Shown: one piece after another, positions 27,201 to 42,200 of the stretch | How positions within the stretch are numbered: position 1 is the stretch's first letter | Layout: each line of letters begins with the position of its first letter | Notes under the pieces: generated by a model | Database searches by the model: none | The model's input: only the letters and a program-made list of their open reading frames with translations | What the model was told of the DNA's origin: nothing | Made by a program: the position numbers and the translations under genes | Source: Eledone cirrhosa | Taxonomy: Eukaryota | Assembly (NCBI GenBank): GCA_964016885.1 | Contig: OZ024745.1 | Coordinates: forward strand, 114,700,001 to 114,764,000 | Reading direction: 5' to 3' | DNA length: 64,000 nucleotides

Positions 27201-30200
27201 CTTTCCGGAATAAATATCAGGTAGCTTAAATTGAGAGGGACACTCACCTGGAAGAGAAACAAGTTAAACTTTAAACAATAACAAAATGATATTTACACCA
27301 GGATAAATTATCAGGTTAGGCTTCTGCCTGCTACTGGTACCATGTACAACCTACTTCATGGTCGAGTGGTTGGCGACTAAACTGGCTCCCCTACTAGTCC
27401 CTGGTCTGGAGAAGAGTGTAAGTGGAACCCCAGCAGCATAAAAAGCAAAATTGTTAAAAGAGTACATGAATTCCTCAGAGTCAACAGAGGTAGATGAATT
27501 TTTAGTGAATTAGTCACAGGGTTATTTACTTTGGTAAACGCCACTGCAGGCCAACCACTAATTTAATTCGATAGATATAATAAGGTTAACAAACTCACTC
27601 GTGAGTGAACTGTCCGAGAGCCGTCGCCAAATAAGCTAAGATGTCTCTTTTCTCCCTCCTTTATAATCCCTAGACCAGAAGTTCAAGGAATCCTCTAGAA
27701 TTCAACGGGAAGTAACTCAAATTAGTTTTTTCTCCCCGGGCAAGGTGGCGTTAGTCACTACAAATTCCTCAGAGTCAACAGAGTAGATGAATTCCTCAGA
27801 GTCAACTATGGGTCAAATAACCGTCAGTACTGATATAAAATCAAAATCATGCCAACTGTTGACCTTTCCAGTCCAGTTCAGTTTTTATATAATAATAATA
27901 ATAATTGTTTGCTTTACAGCAAAGAGCAACGGCTCTCCACTCTCCGGGCCCAAAAAACAAGGCACCAGCAATGCACTGGGACAATCGCTGCCCCGTGCCA
28001 AGAACAGAATAGTTATTTAGTATTATTATTATAGTTGTTTTTAAGGCCTGATCGCTGGTGATGGTGGTGGTGGTGGTGGTGGTGGATGGTGTCAGTGATG
28101 GTGATGGTGGTGGATGGTGCCAGTGATGGTGATGGTGGTGGATGGTGTCAGTGATGGTGGTGGCAGTTGTCATTGTTATCGTTGTTGTTGTTGTTGCTGT
28201 TGCCGTTGTTATTGTTCATTTCACCGATGCTGCTGCTGCAGACAATGGTGCTGTTGCTGTTATTGTTGCTGTTGTTGTAGTTGCTGGGTTGAAATTTTGA
28301 AATTTGTTCGCTTCGAGTGTGTGATATATACACATACATCATCATCGTTTAACGTCCATCTTCCACGCTTGCATGGGTTTGGACGGGAGTTTTCCCACCT
28401 GAGGCAAGATTGGTTGTCCTGCTTGTATAGGACTGTCTGGCGGGTTTTTTACGGCTGGATGCCCTTCCTAACACCAACCACGTTTACAGTGTGGACTGGG
28501 AGGTTTTTACCGTGTTACCTACACGGCTACATTACAGCGTGGACTGTTTTTTTGTCGTGACACCTACACGTCTGGCGGGTTTTCTACGGCTGGATGCTCT
28601 TCCCAACACCAACCACGTTTACAGTGTGTACTGGGAGGTTTTTACTGTGTTACCTACACGGCCACATTACAGCGTGGACTGTGTATTTTTTTTTTTTTTT
28701 GTCGTGACACCTACACGACCCCATTTGTTTCTGACTGGATGTTGTGGCACCAACATAACTTCACATTTAAGGGGGTGGTGTGGATGGGGTGGGGGTAGTG
28801 GGACGGGGGTGTATTTCATTAGAGGTGCCTACTGACTGTAGGTTTCACTTTGTACTTAGGCAAGGCGGGTCTTCTCTATTACTGAGTACCGCCAAAGCTC
28901 TCGGTCCAGTGACATTGTCTTGGAGAGGTGTAAGTGTGTGAGGTCGGAATTTATCAAGTCGTCCCAGGTTTTTCTGGGTCTGCCTACTCCGTGGCTACCG
29001 TCTATTTTTATCGCCCTGCACTTTTTATACAGCTGTCGTCTTTCATGCGCATCACGTGACCGTACCAACGTAGTCTTCTCTCGAGTAAACAACATCTGAT
29101 CCCTCTTATTCCTAATTTCTCCCTTAGTTCGTTTATGCTTTGCCGTTCATGTATATTACTATTACACATCCAACGGAGCATGCATGCTTCGTTCCTCTCC
29201 AGTCTGCGTATATCCTCTGCACACAATGCCCAGGTCTCACTGCCATGTAACATTGCTGTTCGTATGCAGGCATCATACAGCCTGCCTTTCATTTTTAGAG
29301 AGAACCCTTTAGCGGCCAATAGTGGTATAAGCTCTCTGAACTTTTTCCATCCCGTTCTGATTCTAGCTACTGTACTTTCAGAGCACCCTCCCCCACTGCT
29401 GATTTTGTCACCCAGGTAACGGAAGCTGTCCACTATTTCTGTAGAACCACCTGTGCAATGGAATGAGTTAGTATTCTGTGGGCACTTACTGCTACATATT
29501 GCACCAGAGCACCGGCCACATATAAAATCTATATTCTTAGTTAGCTTCCCTGTGATCCCACTACATCTTTTATGTACCCATACTTTGCATTTGGGACATA
29601 AAATGGAGTTTCTGCCTACTCCTTTGTTGAAATAAAAACACATACATGATACTTCTTTTACTATAACAGTATATGTGATGTGCTAATCCTGTTCATACAG
29701 CCAGCAATTGTAAAACCATGTAATATGATTTGGTTGAAGTTTTAAAGATAAATTTCTTTAGAAGAGGCACATATCAAGTTGAAATTGATTCTTAATAACT
29801 TTGATTCTCTCAAATGATTCTTTCCCCTTCATATATTTTAAAATCATACTTACCAAAACATGCTTTGTTTCTTCTAATTTTGATAAAATTTCTAACTTGC
29901 AAACATTCATTTTGTAAGAAGCAGCTAATTCAAGGTCCTATAAGAAAGCAACCAACAATTATAAGCTTTTAAGTTTATAAGCAGTCCAGATGAACAACTA
30001 ATGACAAGCTTAAAAGAAATATCTTATCTATAAACATCTAATTCAACAAGGTTGCAAAAAATGGATACTGGGCAACATTTTAAAATTCTATGCTTATCAA
30101 AGTCACCAGCAGTTGTTGTCAATTGAAAGAGTTTTCAGAAAAGGTTTTACGAGATTTTTTTCATTTAGTTTGGTAATAATTATCACTTTTACATCTGTTT

Positions 30201-33200
30201 TTTCCATACATGCATGGGATAGACAAGACTTTTGGAAGCAGGTTTTCTATGGTTGGACGAGCCTTCCTGATATCAACCTATACCTTATTTTAAGTATGAT
30301 ATATATACTGCTAACATTAATTAAACCAATTTTAACCAATTTGCTGACCATTCAAATTGTCATATTTCCTAAACTATTCATCCAAATTTCACTAATGAAT
30401 TATTAAAATGTTTCTTTTTGGATGCTCTCCAAGAAAAAGAAGAAAGATTTAAAAAAATCCTAGTGATACCTACTCATAGGAGATTTATTCATTATTTATT
30501 CATAATTTAATATGTATTTTTCTATGATTGCAAGTGTTAGATAAATCTGTTCAGCTGCTCTGCTACAAGTGGTTTTAGAATTTCATTTAATATGCTTTAC
30601 TAAAGTAACATTTATGTAAGATGGCAGGTCTACTCATAAGTAATGACAGAACTCTAAATTACAAAAAGGAAAAGGTCAATTCTCCACTTTGACCCTACTA
30701 TACAACTGATTTGATCTTATGGAAAATTCCTGAACGAGACAAAAAGTTAACCACTAATTATTATCAACTGATAATAACGTGCTTTTATAACTTAGATCAG
30801 ACAGGGTTTAATTTAGTAATTAACAATAGCAATATATATCATTTATGGGCACATTTAATATCTTTTTAGGACTGAAGGCTTAGTGGTTAGAGAATTGGAT
30901 TCACAATAGTGAGGTGGTGAGTTTGATTCCCAGACTGGACAATGTGTTCAGTCCTTGAGCAAGACACTTTATTTCACATTGCTCTTTCTGGCAGGAGATG
31001 CAACTAGTAGATAGTATCTGCAAGGAAAGACCAATGGAAACATTGTTTCCTTAGTCCGATTTGATGAGTTCCACTCCACTCAGTGAGTGAGGTCTGGAAT
31101 CTAGTTGATCACTTAAATACAAAACATCAGCGCCGTCTGCCAAACACTCTTTAAAATCAAGAATTAGAGAAAGAAACAATTCTTTAATCTTTTCTTGATT
31201 AACTAAGAAAGAAAAATAACATGGGTAGTATCAAATTCCTACAGAGCTTAACATAGAAGAATCAAATACTTACGTTTCTTAACATTTTGGCAAAACCTAA
31301 AGCTTTTGAAGTTCGTTCACGTCCTTCACGGAAAAGATTTTTGAAATCACGAAATGTTTGCTGTATGCGATGTCTAAAGTGAATAGTAAATGAAAATACA
31401 CTTGTTAAAATGTTATTACAAAATCAAAAAGATCTTCATAATAGTTTTTCTGTTTATTTTTCTGGTCACAAGTGCCATATCATGTGCAGCAAAACTGTCC
31501 ACCTAAGAGATTATTATATTTGTTAACACTTAAAATGGTTGCTTCCTATCAGATTACACCATTGCATTATGTGCTGATGGAGTTCATTCTGACTCGCACA
31601 CTCTCTTTGCGATGAAAAGCATTCCAGCCATGACCATCCCATATTTTTTCTCAAACACATATTACCAAATGTGTGCTTCCTTAATAAGATGGTAGGGTGG
31701 CATTTGAGAGAGATTTGGTTGCTATTTCTAGCAAGCCATGTAGAGATTTTTTGTTAAATTAACATTGATATTTATGAGGATGGTCATCAAATCAAAATGT
31801 TTTTGCATTCCGCCTGATGATCTGTTTATAAATTTGAACTGAGCATGAACTAAGCATAGATCATATTTGAACTGAGCATAGATTGTATTTGAACTGAGTA
31901 TGAACTGAGCAGATTATATTTGATTCCAAATTCCGTTTCCATAGTTGGAACTTATCTTCTAGTTCTTTTATATATATATATATGTATATACACACACATA
32001 CTTTGACACATATTTACATTTACTACATATAAATACATTTGACAGACATTTCTACATTCTACTATATCTGTTATCTTCCATGTGTGTGCGTAGTGATTCC
32101 CAGAGGTTGGTAGAGGAGATGGGACTGTCCGTCTTTCCATTGTTTTTTTCACTGTCTTTGTCCTATTTTGAATTTATATTCTAGTCATAGTCATACGGGC
32201 TTTTTTTAAAACTTTCATAAATATATATTTGCCTTTAATCCATTTAAAGTCAATAAAAAAGTAACACTCAAGTACTGGAATTGATTTTTCTTTTATATCT
32301 CTTTCTCATTTCCTTTCTCTCACTTTCTATCCTTTTCTGGAAGACATCTGCTGTATTCAAACCTGGAGAGATGAGCTCTGCCAGGTTAAAAGATGCTCTA
32401 GAAATGTATGTCAATATGGCACCCCTACAACTCCCTCAGAAGTTACATGTTCATATATATATAAATATACACAGACACACACTTATAGAAATAGAGAGTA
32501 AAAGATAAAATATTAGTCAAGTAAGATCATTATCTAACTGGGTAACTGGGTACTTGATACTTTAAAAAGCAGATTATTCATTAACTATTTGTCATTATTC
32601 ATTAGTCATCAGTCATTAATCATTATTCATCAATCACTAGTCATTATTCCTTAATCACTAGTCATTATTCATTGGTCATTATTCATTAATCACCAGCCAT
32701 TGTTCATTAATCATTATCTATTACTCATTAATCATTAGTCAGTAATTATTAGTCATTAAACAGAAACATTTTAAAAGAAGAAATTATAAAAAATTAAACA
32801 TCTACTGACCTTAATTTCAGTACTTTGTCCTTATGGTAGGTCTCATCATCAGTAGATTTATCAACAACAGTCTCATCAGGGTTTGTCTCCACATTAACAT
32901 TGCTTATTGTAGTTTTGATTTCTTCTATATCTTCTCTACTATGGCCATTCTCTTTACATACACTCTCCTCCTCACTCTCATTGCCTTTAGTGTAAAACTC
33001 ATCAACTCCGTTCTCTAAAAAGTCAGCTATGGAGCTGAGTAAGCCACTTGCAAGAGCACTGTAAGTAGAACATGACTGCTTTCAAAATAATGTTATACAC
33101 AAGAGAATTGAGATGGTGAAGCCAATACACAGACACATTCTAGAGAGATAAAAGTCTGTCCCAAGCCATCAGGCTCATCAGGCCGGTGCTTAACACTGGT

Positions 33201-36200
33201 TTCATTATTCATCGGCATTAAGTGACTAACAGTAGAAGATTTCCCCCTGGACAAGATGCCAGTTTATCATAGGTGTCTGAAGTGTTTAACCCAAGAACAC
33301 AACGCACCACATGGTCCAGGAATTTAACCCAAAACACTATGATCTTAAGTCCAACACCTTAAACACTAGGCTACACGCCTTCACATTCTAGAGAGTACCC
33401 TAGAATAAAAACTCCAATACTACTGTAGGTGAACTACCATTTGCCAATACATTGTCTTTCAATGCATATTTTTCCTCAATCATAAACATTTGATAGCACA
33501 AACTGAACATTAAACTGTGTACACCTCACCAATGCCTTCAATTTCTCCATGATTATGAAAACAGTACCACTAACTTCTAAGTTGTTGTTTTTAATGATAA
33601 GTTACATGTTTTATTATCATTATATATTGGCAGTATCGGTAGAGGGTCGGACGCCATGCTTTGAAGCATAGAGTTATGGCCCTTGCTATTCTGAGTTCAA
33701 ATCCCGCCGAGGTTAACTTTGCCTTTCATCCTTACGAGGTCAATAAAATAAAGTACCAGTAATGCACTGGGTAATTGCTGGCCTTGTGCCAAAAGTAGAA
33801 ACAATTATATATTTATACTCTGTTCACAAAAGTCTTCAGATAATTTACAAAAAACAGATGATTCAAACTGATTTTATCATTCTAAAAATATAATCAACAC
33901 ATTTCTCACCAACAAAATATTTACCTGAATCGTTTGCCTGCTTCTGCTTCTCCACCAATGACAAATGGGCAGATTGACTTTGTAAATGCCCATTCTTCTT
34001 CCAAAGTATTCTTCAAACTCTGAGATGCATCAGGTAAATTTTGTAGATTATTCATCCAGTTTTGTAGATAATTAAAATAGACCTACAACAATAAAAATTG
34101 AAAGAAAAGGCTTGGTCAAATTATAGGCAAAAATAAATTGTTTAAATATCTTCTCCGAAAATTCTATCTCAGACTTATTCCGCATCCTTATTTTTCTATC
34201 CGATTTTCCATGCTTGCATAGATTAGACGGATCCTTTTCAGCATTTCTCCACTCGTCATGTCCCTTCATCATCTCCTCTGTGAGTTTCAGTGATTGGACA
34301 TCAGCTCTCGCCACCTCCACCCAGGTCTTCCTTGGTTTACCTCTACTGCAGCTTCCTTCCACTGATATTTCCTGGCGATCACCATCCAATATTATTATTA
34401 TTATGAAATTCTTTTTCCAATTGTAACTCATTTTATTAGGTTTCCTAAATTAAATATAACTTCTGGGGATATAGAAGTATAAAATACAAATGGTTAATAT
34501 ATAGTGACTGTTACATGATCAACAGTGCCAATACTAATAATTATGATTTCTAATTTAGGTATAAGGCCAACTGTGACTCTTTAAGATTCAGTAATGTGCT
34601 ACTCAAAGGTCTGTGCCGTAAACAGCTCTCTAGTTGACTATCATGTTTTATGACATGATTGTGGAAAGCCCTATACATGATAATGATTTCAGTATATAAA
34701 GGGTTTCACAGGACTGGCTCTTTTTCTCATCCATCACGGTTGCATTTAAGGCATATGCAAAGATCATATCGTCACATCTCCCTATGACTACTGCAGGAGT
34801 TGAAAATTCAATTACCTATTCTGGTTACTGCAACCTACACACTTCTCTACTAGGAGTGTACCAAAACTATCCATACTCGAGAGGCTATTCACCTAAAAGA
34901 AAGTTTCCTGACTCTGAGAAGTATAGCTTCCATTTCATTTTTTTAACATAATGTGCAAGCAGCTAGTCTAGCTCTATTTTAGCTATCTCACTAGACCTAT
35001 CTTTCATAAACCCAATATTAGTGGCAGACCACAAAATACGATTTGAAAAATCAAAGGACTCACCTCTAAAACCATCTTCATATGGTCATCATATTTTTCT
35101 AAATCCATGACTTCTTCAACCTTTGAGGGCTCACTGTCCCAGACTGTAGTAGAAACCATACTCAGGTAGTATTTCTTCATCTGTACGGCACCTTTCAATA
35201 CATCTTTGCATTCACGAATTAACTATGAAAGAGAAAACAATACAATATTTAATCCTTTTGGTACCAACCTACCAAAAATTGCCTTTAGATTTATGAAACA
35301 AAACCTTCTATTTTAAACAGTTTCTATTTAAATTTAAATCTTCAAACATAATTTGACATAATGATCTTTTGATAAATTATATTACAAATATGATCTTAAC
35401 CAATCACTTGATCACTTATCAATCAGGTGAACCCAAAAACCACTTGATCAATTATCAGGTAAACCTGTAAGCCACATAGACTTTATTCTCATCAGGAATA
35501 TTCTCAACATGATACAATGTGGGTTGTAAATACTAAGTCTTTTCCCAGTGAACAACGTACCATCCAACATAGATTGGTAATTAGTAACTACATACAGAAA
35601 CTCAAGAGAATTTGAAGAAGGAGAATATAAAAGCTTAAACAACTATCAAATAGTCATGAGTTTAGTGACATACAAGCTGAGGCCCTTGACAAGGAGCAGA
35701 AGGAATTGAAATTTTATAAAATGGAAGACAACTAGAAATTCATACAACAACCTATTGAAGGCTACAGGGCTGGTGCAAGGTATTAATCATATGGATAGTG
35801 TAGATAGAGCTATAAAAGCTAAGAGACAGGCATGGAAAAAAATATGGAGAGCAGGGTACAGCAATATTAAGCGAGAAGAGAAGCTAGACATCAGGTTTAC
35901 ATATCAAGAGAGGATACCAAAAGGAAAGATGCCATACGAGACAGAAAATTGAAAAATAAAAGCTGCAGTTAATATCTTTAGACCGCAAGGAATATATAAA
36001 TGCAAGTTTGAAGTCAATCGGAGTAGAAATGTGGATTTGTATAGACTTTGCGAAAATTAGGACACACACACACACACAGACAACTACAGTTTTATATATA
36101 TGTATAGATATATATATATATATATATCTTGCAAGACAGTGTGCTAGAGAAAACCACATTGTTAGAGGAATGATGATGGAATGATAGCAACATACTTGGC

Positions 36201-39200
36201 CTCATTGATGCTGAAAGGAAAGAGGTATGGAAATGACATTATGAGTGATTGTTAAATAAAGAAAATGCATAGGAAAGAGAGTGCAACCCCAAGTAGACCA
36301 AACAGAGGGATTAGACAAGTGATTTCATAGCAGTACAGTAAATAAAACAATTCAGAATATGAAGACAGAGTAAGCAGCAGATCCATTAGAGATAGTCACT
36401 AAGATGATTAAGCTATCATGACTGGTATAGCAGCATCATTTTCAACTGCTACAAAGGCAAAGATAATGCTCTAGAAAGAGGCAATTACATAGCTTGATAG
36501 AGTAGATTGTGAAAGTCACAGAAAGATGGTACAGTTGATTAGAGGCAGAATTAGATTTGATGAGATGCAGTTCAGCTTTATGCCAGGGAGAGGTACTACT
36601 GATGCCAATTTTCTAGTGAGATAACAGTAGGAAAAGTATTTAGCTAGAAGCAAGCCTTTGCAGTTATCATTCAATGACCTGGAAAAAGCCTTCAACTGAG
36701 TTCCACACCTTGTAATCTGGTGGTAACTAAAGATGCTAGAGATATATGAATGGCTTTTCCAAAGGCACAGTCAGTAAGATGAGAATCTACAATGAGAACA
36801 GTGATAAATTAGCGTGCAGATAGGAGTCTATGGGTGAGTGTATAGGCACATAGGTGGGTTAGTATGTGGGCAGGTAGGTAGAGAGATAAATACTATATAT
36901 ATACTATATTGTCATTCCATCAATTATGATGATGAGTGTTTCGGTTGATTCTATCAATGGAACAGCCTGCTCGCAAAATTAATGTGCAAGTGGCTGAGTA
37001 TTCCACAGACACGTATACCCTTAACGTAGTTCTCTGAGAGATTCAACGCAGAATGTGACAAGGTTGGCCCTTCAAATTACAGGTACAACTCATGTTTACC
37101 AGCTGAGTTGACTGAAGCAATGTGAAATAAAGTATCTTGTTCAAGGACACAACATACTATCATGAATCAAATTCATGACCTTATGATTGTGAGCCAAATA
37201 CCTTAACTACTAAACCATGTATAGATGTATATGTGCACAAGCAGACAGGAAGAGGAGGTCTATTTCAATCATGGCAGACCATGGGTTTATACCTAGAAAT
37301 ATCCTCTCCAAGGTACAAGCCCAGGCTAAGTGTTTTCGTGGAAGACCAACAGCTGCTCATGAATGCCAGTCTCCTTACTTCATGTTACTGATGTTATCCA
37401 AGAGAAAGGCTTAGCTCCAGTCACTTATTTTTTTCTAGCTGAATGAACTGGAGCAATGTAAAATATAATGTCTTGCTCAAAAACAAAAACACAGCCCTAC
37501 CTAGTCTAAGCAATGTGCCTTCATTTCACAGACAACAAAAGATGAAAAAAAGGCAGAAAGGAAATATACAGACACACACACACATGCAGGTAAGCACAGA
37601 TACATATGCATGCTAGCGTGGAAGATGGATGTTAAATGATGATGATGAAGAAAGAAGCAAAAGAAAGGCAGAAGGAAATGTATATATTTTACCTGTCTAA
37701 CACTGAGTGCAGATGGTTCACTCAAAGGTCGTTGATCCAGCCGAAGTCTCATGCACTCATAGACAACATCTAACAAAACACGCAGCAAAAACAAGTAACT
37801 TGAACGAAATGAAGGCAAGCCCATTTCCAGGAACTGCTTGTTCCAAGAATCTTGGTTTGTTTTTCTATTGCTGTCATAGAAATGGTCCTTACTGCACTTT
37901 GTTTCAGCAACATTACTGGATTCAGACAACCGGGACATACTAATCACAGGTACATTTTTGCTGACATCTTTTGAGGATTTCTGAAAAGTTTAAAATAAAT
38001 ATTTCTTGTAATTTATGAACATAACTTGTTTAATTTTCATATTTCTGCAACTGGTGCAGCCAGTCATTGGGGTGCTACTCTAGACACTTTCATAGTCAGC
38101 CATCGTCATTGATTTCTGTTTTCTGTCATGCATAAAAGGGTCTCAGTGTTGTGACCAATCCAGTCGTTAATGTTGTCAGGCCAGGATTTCCTTTATCTGC
38201 CTATTTAACTTTAACTCGTTTTAATACCAAACTGCCTGAAACAATACTGCTTTTATGATACACAACTACTCATTTTAAAATATTCATAATTTTATGTAAG
38301 AAATTTTTGTTAAGTAATTTTCCAAACATTAGCTTACAAATGAAAAGGTTAGTTATCTCATTAAATTCTTAAAATTTCCAAAATTAATTATGGCTGTGCA
38401 TTTCATTAGAAATACAGTAACAAGGGGGTTAAAGTATAGCATATGTGTATACATATATTCTTCTACATATTAAGGTACCATCTTGAAGGGAATTAGTCAA
38501 TCACATCAGCCTCACTACTTATTATATTCATGTCCTGTATCTATTTCATTAATCTCTTTTTTGTTGAAGTACTAAATTATGGGACATAAACATAAACACA
38601 CACATATATGCACACAACATGTATGTGCATGCCCAAACACACTAACAGGCTTCCACATTTTCTGTCTACCAAATTTCACTCACAAAGCATTGGTCAACTT
38701 TTGTTAAATTATATTCAAAAACCAACTTAATAAGATTGTTAGCTATATTACTACATCTTTCAAAATTCTTGATTATTTTCAAAATTATTTCAAAATCATA
38801 GGCAATGTCTTTCATTAAAAGTGAAAGACATTAAAGACGAAAGGATTAATGAGTTATATTAATTATCAAGACTGGCTGAATGCAATTCTTTAGAAAGTGA
38901 CTGAGCACTAAAGAAAGGCATTGGCAGATGTATGTACAACATTAGTAAAGGGTAATATGTTCTAGGTGAAAATATTATTTTGTCTTGATTGTGGAAAAAG
39001 ACAAAAAAAAATTGGAAAAAAATATGTCCTTGGATGAGATGACCTTGGACCAAGAGGTATCAGAAGATATTGCATTGACAATAGGTAATATAAGCTTGTT
39101 AAATATTTGAAAATGATATATATATATATAGGTGCAGGTATGGCTTTGTGGTTCAGGAATATGCTTCGTAACCACATGGTGTCAGGTTGACCAATGCTGG

Positions 39201-42200
39201 CATCATAATTTTACACCTACTTTCCATACTGGTAAGGGTTAGAAGATTCATTATAGTCTGAGCTAGTTGTTATTTCAAATCATTGCTCTCTTAAATGTGT
39301 TAGTGGACTATGTCTTGCTCAAAAAGACAAATGTCAACTTTCATTTGCTACTCCAATGGAGACAACAATACAAATGAAACATCATCATCAACATTTAACA
39401 TCTGTTTTCATTGCTAGCAAGGGTTGGATGGGTTGTTACTGGCAAGTCAATACTCAAGTACAGTGACTGACTTCTTAGATGGACTGGGAGTCTGCATCTC
39501 GCTTACATATATCCCAATGCTCTTCCAAGTGTATTTCATTGTGGCACCAGCATTAGGGAGGTAGTCACGTCTTTGACACAGCTAAAGAGTTTTCCAAACT
39601 CCTTGTTTGGCAGGTTTTCTACAGCTGGATGCCCTTCCTACCACCAACCACTTTACAGAGTGTATTGGGTGCATTTATCATGTAGATTATCAACACTAGG
39701 GAAGTTCTCATATCTTTGACCCAACTAAAGATACAAAGCTGTTTATTTTAAAGGGTTTATATTTATCTAAAAATCTTCCATCACCACTTTGAGTATGAAC
39801 CTTTGTTAAGTTATGCTCCAGCCACTGAAGTTAGATATTTTACTAAATTCCCCCAAATTTCTTTATTACTTTTAAAATTAATTGAAATATATGGGCTGTG
39901 TATTACATTAGATAAAGAGTAACAAAAAGGGTAATATACAAGAGTGATTAACCTCTTTACACTTTACATAGTTAAAGATAAATACTTTGCTACTTACAGA
40001 TGATAAAGAATTGAAGGCTGTAGTATTCTCTTGAGGCTCACATAAGGCTTCTTCAGCACGGCTCAAAGACCCACTCAAAAGATCTCTTAGTCTCTTAAGT
40101 AATTTATGCATCCCCATCTTCTTCAAACCATGATCAACATATTCATGATAAAACGAGGACTTAGAACCACTTTCTCCACCTGAATCTACTTCATAGCATA
40201 TATGAGAATAACTTTGGTATGAAGAGCTACGAGAAATTTTAGAGTTGGGTGGTAAGAGAAAGCTGACCTCAGGTGAAGTAATAATTGAAGAGGATAGATC
40301 ACTGTCACTGAGATCGAATTTCACTTCTGTATGTGAAGAAGTTAATTTTCCTGTGTTAGAGAGGAGAGATAAAGAATTAGAAGCATAATCTTCACTTGAG
40401 CTTTCACCTTTTCCACTAAATGAATAATCTGCCTCATTATTCTGTAATTGTGGCCATGTACTGTGATCCCTTCCAAGTAACAAATCATCTATTTCAAACC
40501 AAGGCCATTCTTTACGTTTCTGCGCATTTTGTTGTAAAACACAACCAAGAAGACGAATTTTATGAGATAGTTCTTTTGTAATACTCAACCACAAACAAAG
40601 AGATTTTACTCGATAGACAAAGTGTTTCTCATTGTACAGTGGAAAGACTCCACCAAGGGCTTTTGTAGTAGGAAACTGTCTCTCACAAAAATCAAGTTTA
40701 TCCAAAATGTCACTGACTTTTTTCAAAGCAAATCTTTGGGAATTCATTGTTTCTTGACTTAATGTGAAAACATAACTGTTATTTAAGCCTATGTTTTGGA
40801 AGTCAGAACTGTTACAGCTAATATCATTAATATTAGAGTCTGAAAAAATAGCAGAATCATCAATATTACAGCAATTCAATTTAAAATTGATAATTTCATT
40901 TAGAATATCAGGAATTTTTTCCCTGTTTTGTTTGAGGATTTCCTCTTGTTGATGCAAACTAACATCATTGTACCATGCTTGGATACTGATCCAAATCGAA
41001 TCATTGTTGTTTTTAAGTTGTACAATTTCTTGAGGCTTTGAATTATTATTTATTTGGTTTCCCAAACCAACTAATAGTGAGAAGTGTTGGTGAAATGTTT
41101 TTATACCCTGGTTTTTACTGAAGTTTTGGGGATTTGGAAAAGTAAATCGATTTTTTAAATGGTTTACTTCACTAGATGAATTATATATTAGACCTAATTT
41201 TTTAGACATTGGACCATCCTTTTTGCAACTATCACCTGAAATATCTGTGTCTGTCAAGTCATCAGAATCATTTGGACTGGAATATGCAGATAAGTGAGGT
41301 TCTCTAATAATTTTTACTGGTAGTCGAGTATTTGCATGCCGTTTTTTCTTTCCCTTGTGTTTTAACACACGTGATTTTTTCGTTGAAGATTCAAGACTTT
41401 CAATCTCGGCACTTGTGTCAAAACAACGATTTTCAAGTTCAATGGAATTAAATTTTGGTTCCTGACTAACAGCATCTTGATTTTCTTCAGAATACCTGTT
41501 AACAAAACAGTTAAATAGTGAACAGAAATATTCAAGATAAAACAACTTTTTTTATTTGTTAATGAGAAAATACAACAATAAAGACAATCATAATGGTAAT
41601 TGAGCATGATCTTAGCTCTCACACTACAGCATATCACTTAACATGGTTCCATGACATTAGTAGTATACTAAATAATAACCATGATGTCTTATGCTATTTG
41701 TGGAACCAAAACAAATAGTGCTTCTTTCAGCAAGTAAATATATTTATTTCTTTATATTTATTTGTCACCTTTATCAGTTGTGATGAAGAACCTGAGTGAA
41801 ATTTTCAGATTCATAAACAAGACATTGTTTGATTGAAAGAGCTTTCACATGTTATTATCAGCACACATGTTTGCTGTTTTCTTACAAACAAAACTGCAAC
41901 AGAATTAGCCACAAAATACTTAAAGACCAATCCTAGAAGTGAAACCTTAGCAAGAACACAAAGTATTATCTAAATTTCATTAACCATATGGAAATCTACA
42001 TACATACATGTACTTGTATCAGCATTCACCAAAGATGAGCAGAACCAGTTTCATCCAATGAATACAAAGCATGATGAACAGAAGCCACTATGCACAAAGA
42101 TTACATGAGCCGACCATGCATGGTGAGTACAGAATCTAACCATGCACAGTGATTTCAGAAGCCAACCATGCATGGTGATACAGAATCCAACCATGCATGG

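Noticed and set aside
28114-28560. Cys-rich metallothionein-like ORF
   Set aside because: A (GTT/GCT)n tract running into an antisense LINE 3'UTR.
39908-41545. Stand-alone 545-aa single-exon gene
   Set aside because: It is MAP3K4 exon 2 plus intronic read-through at both ends.
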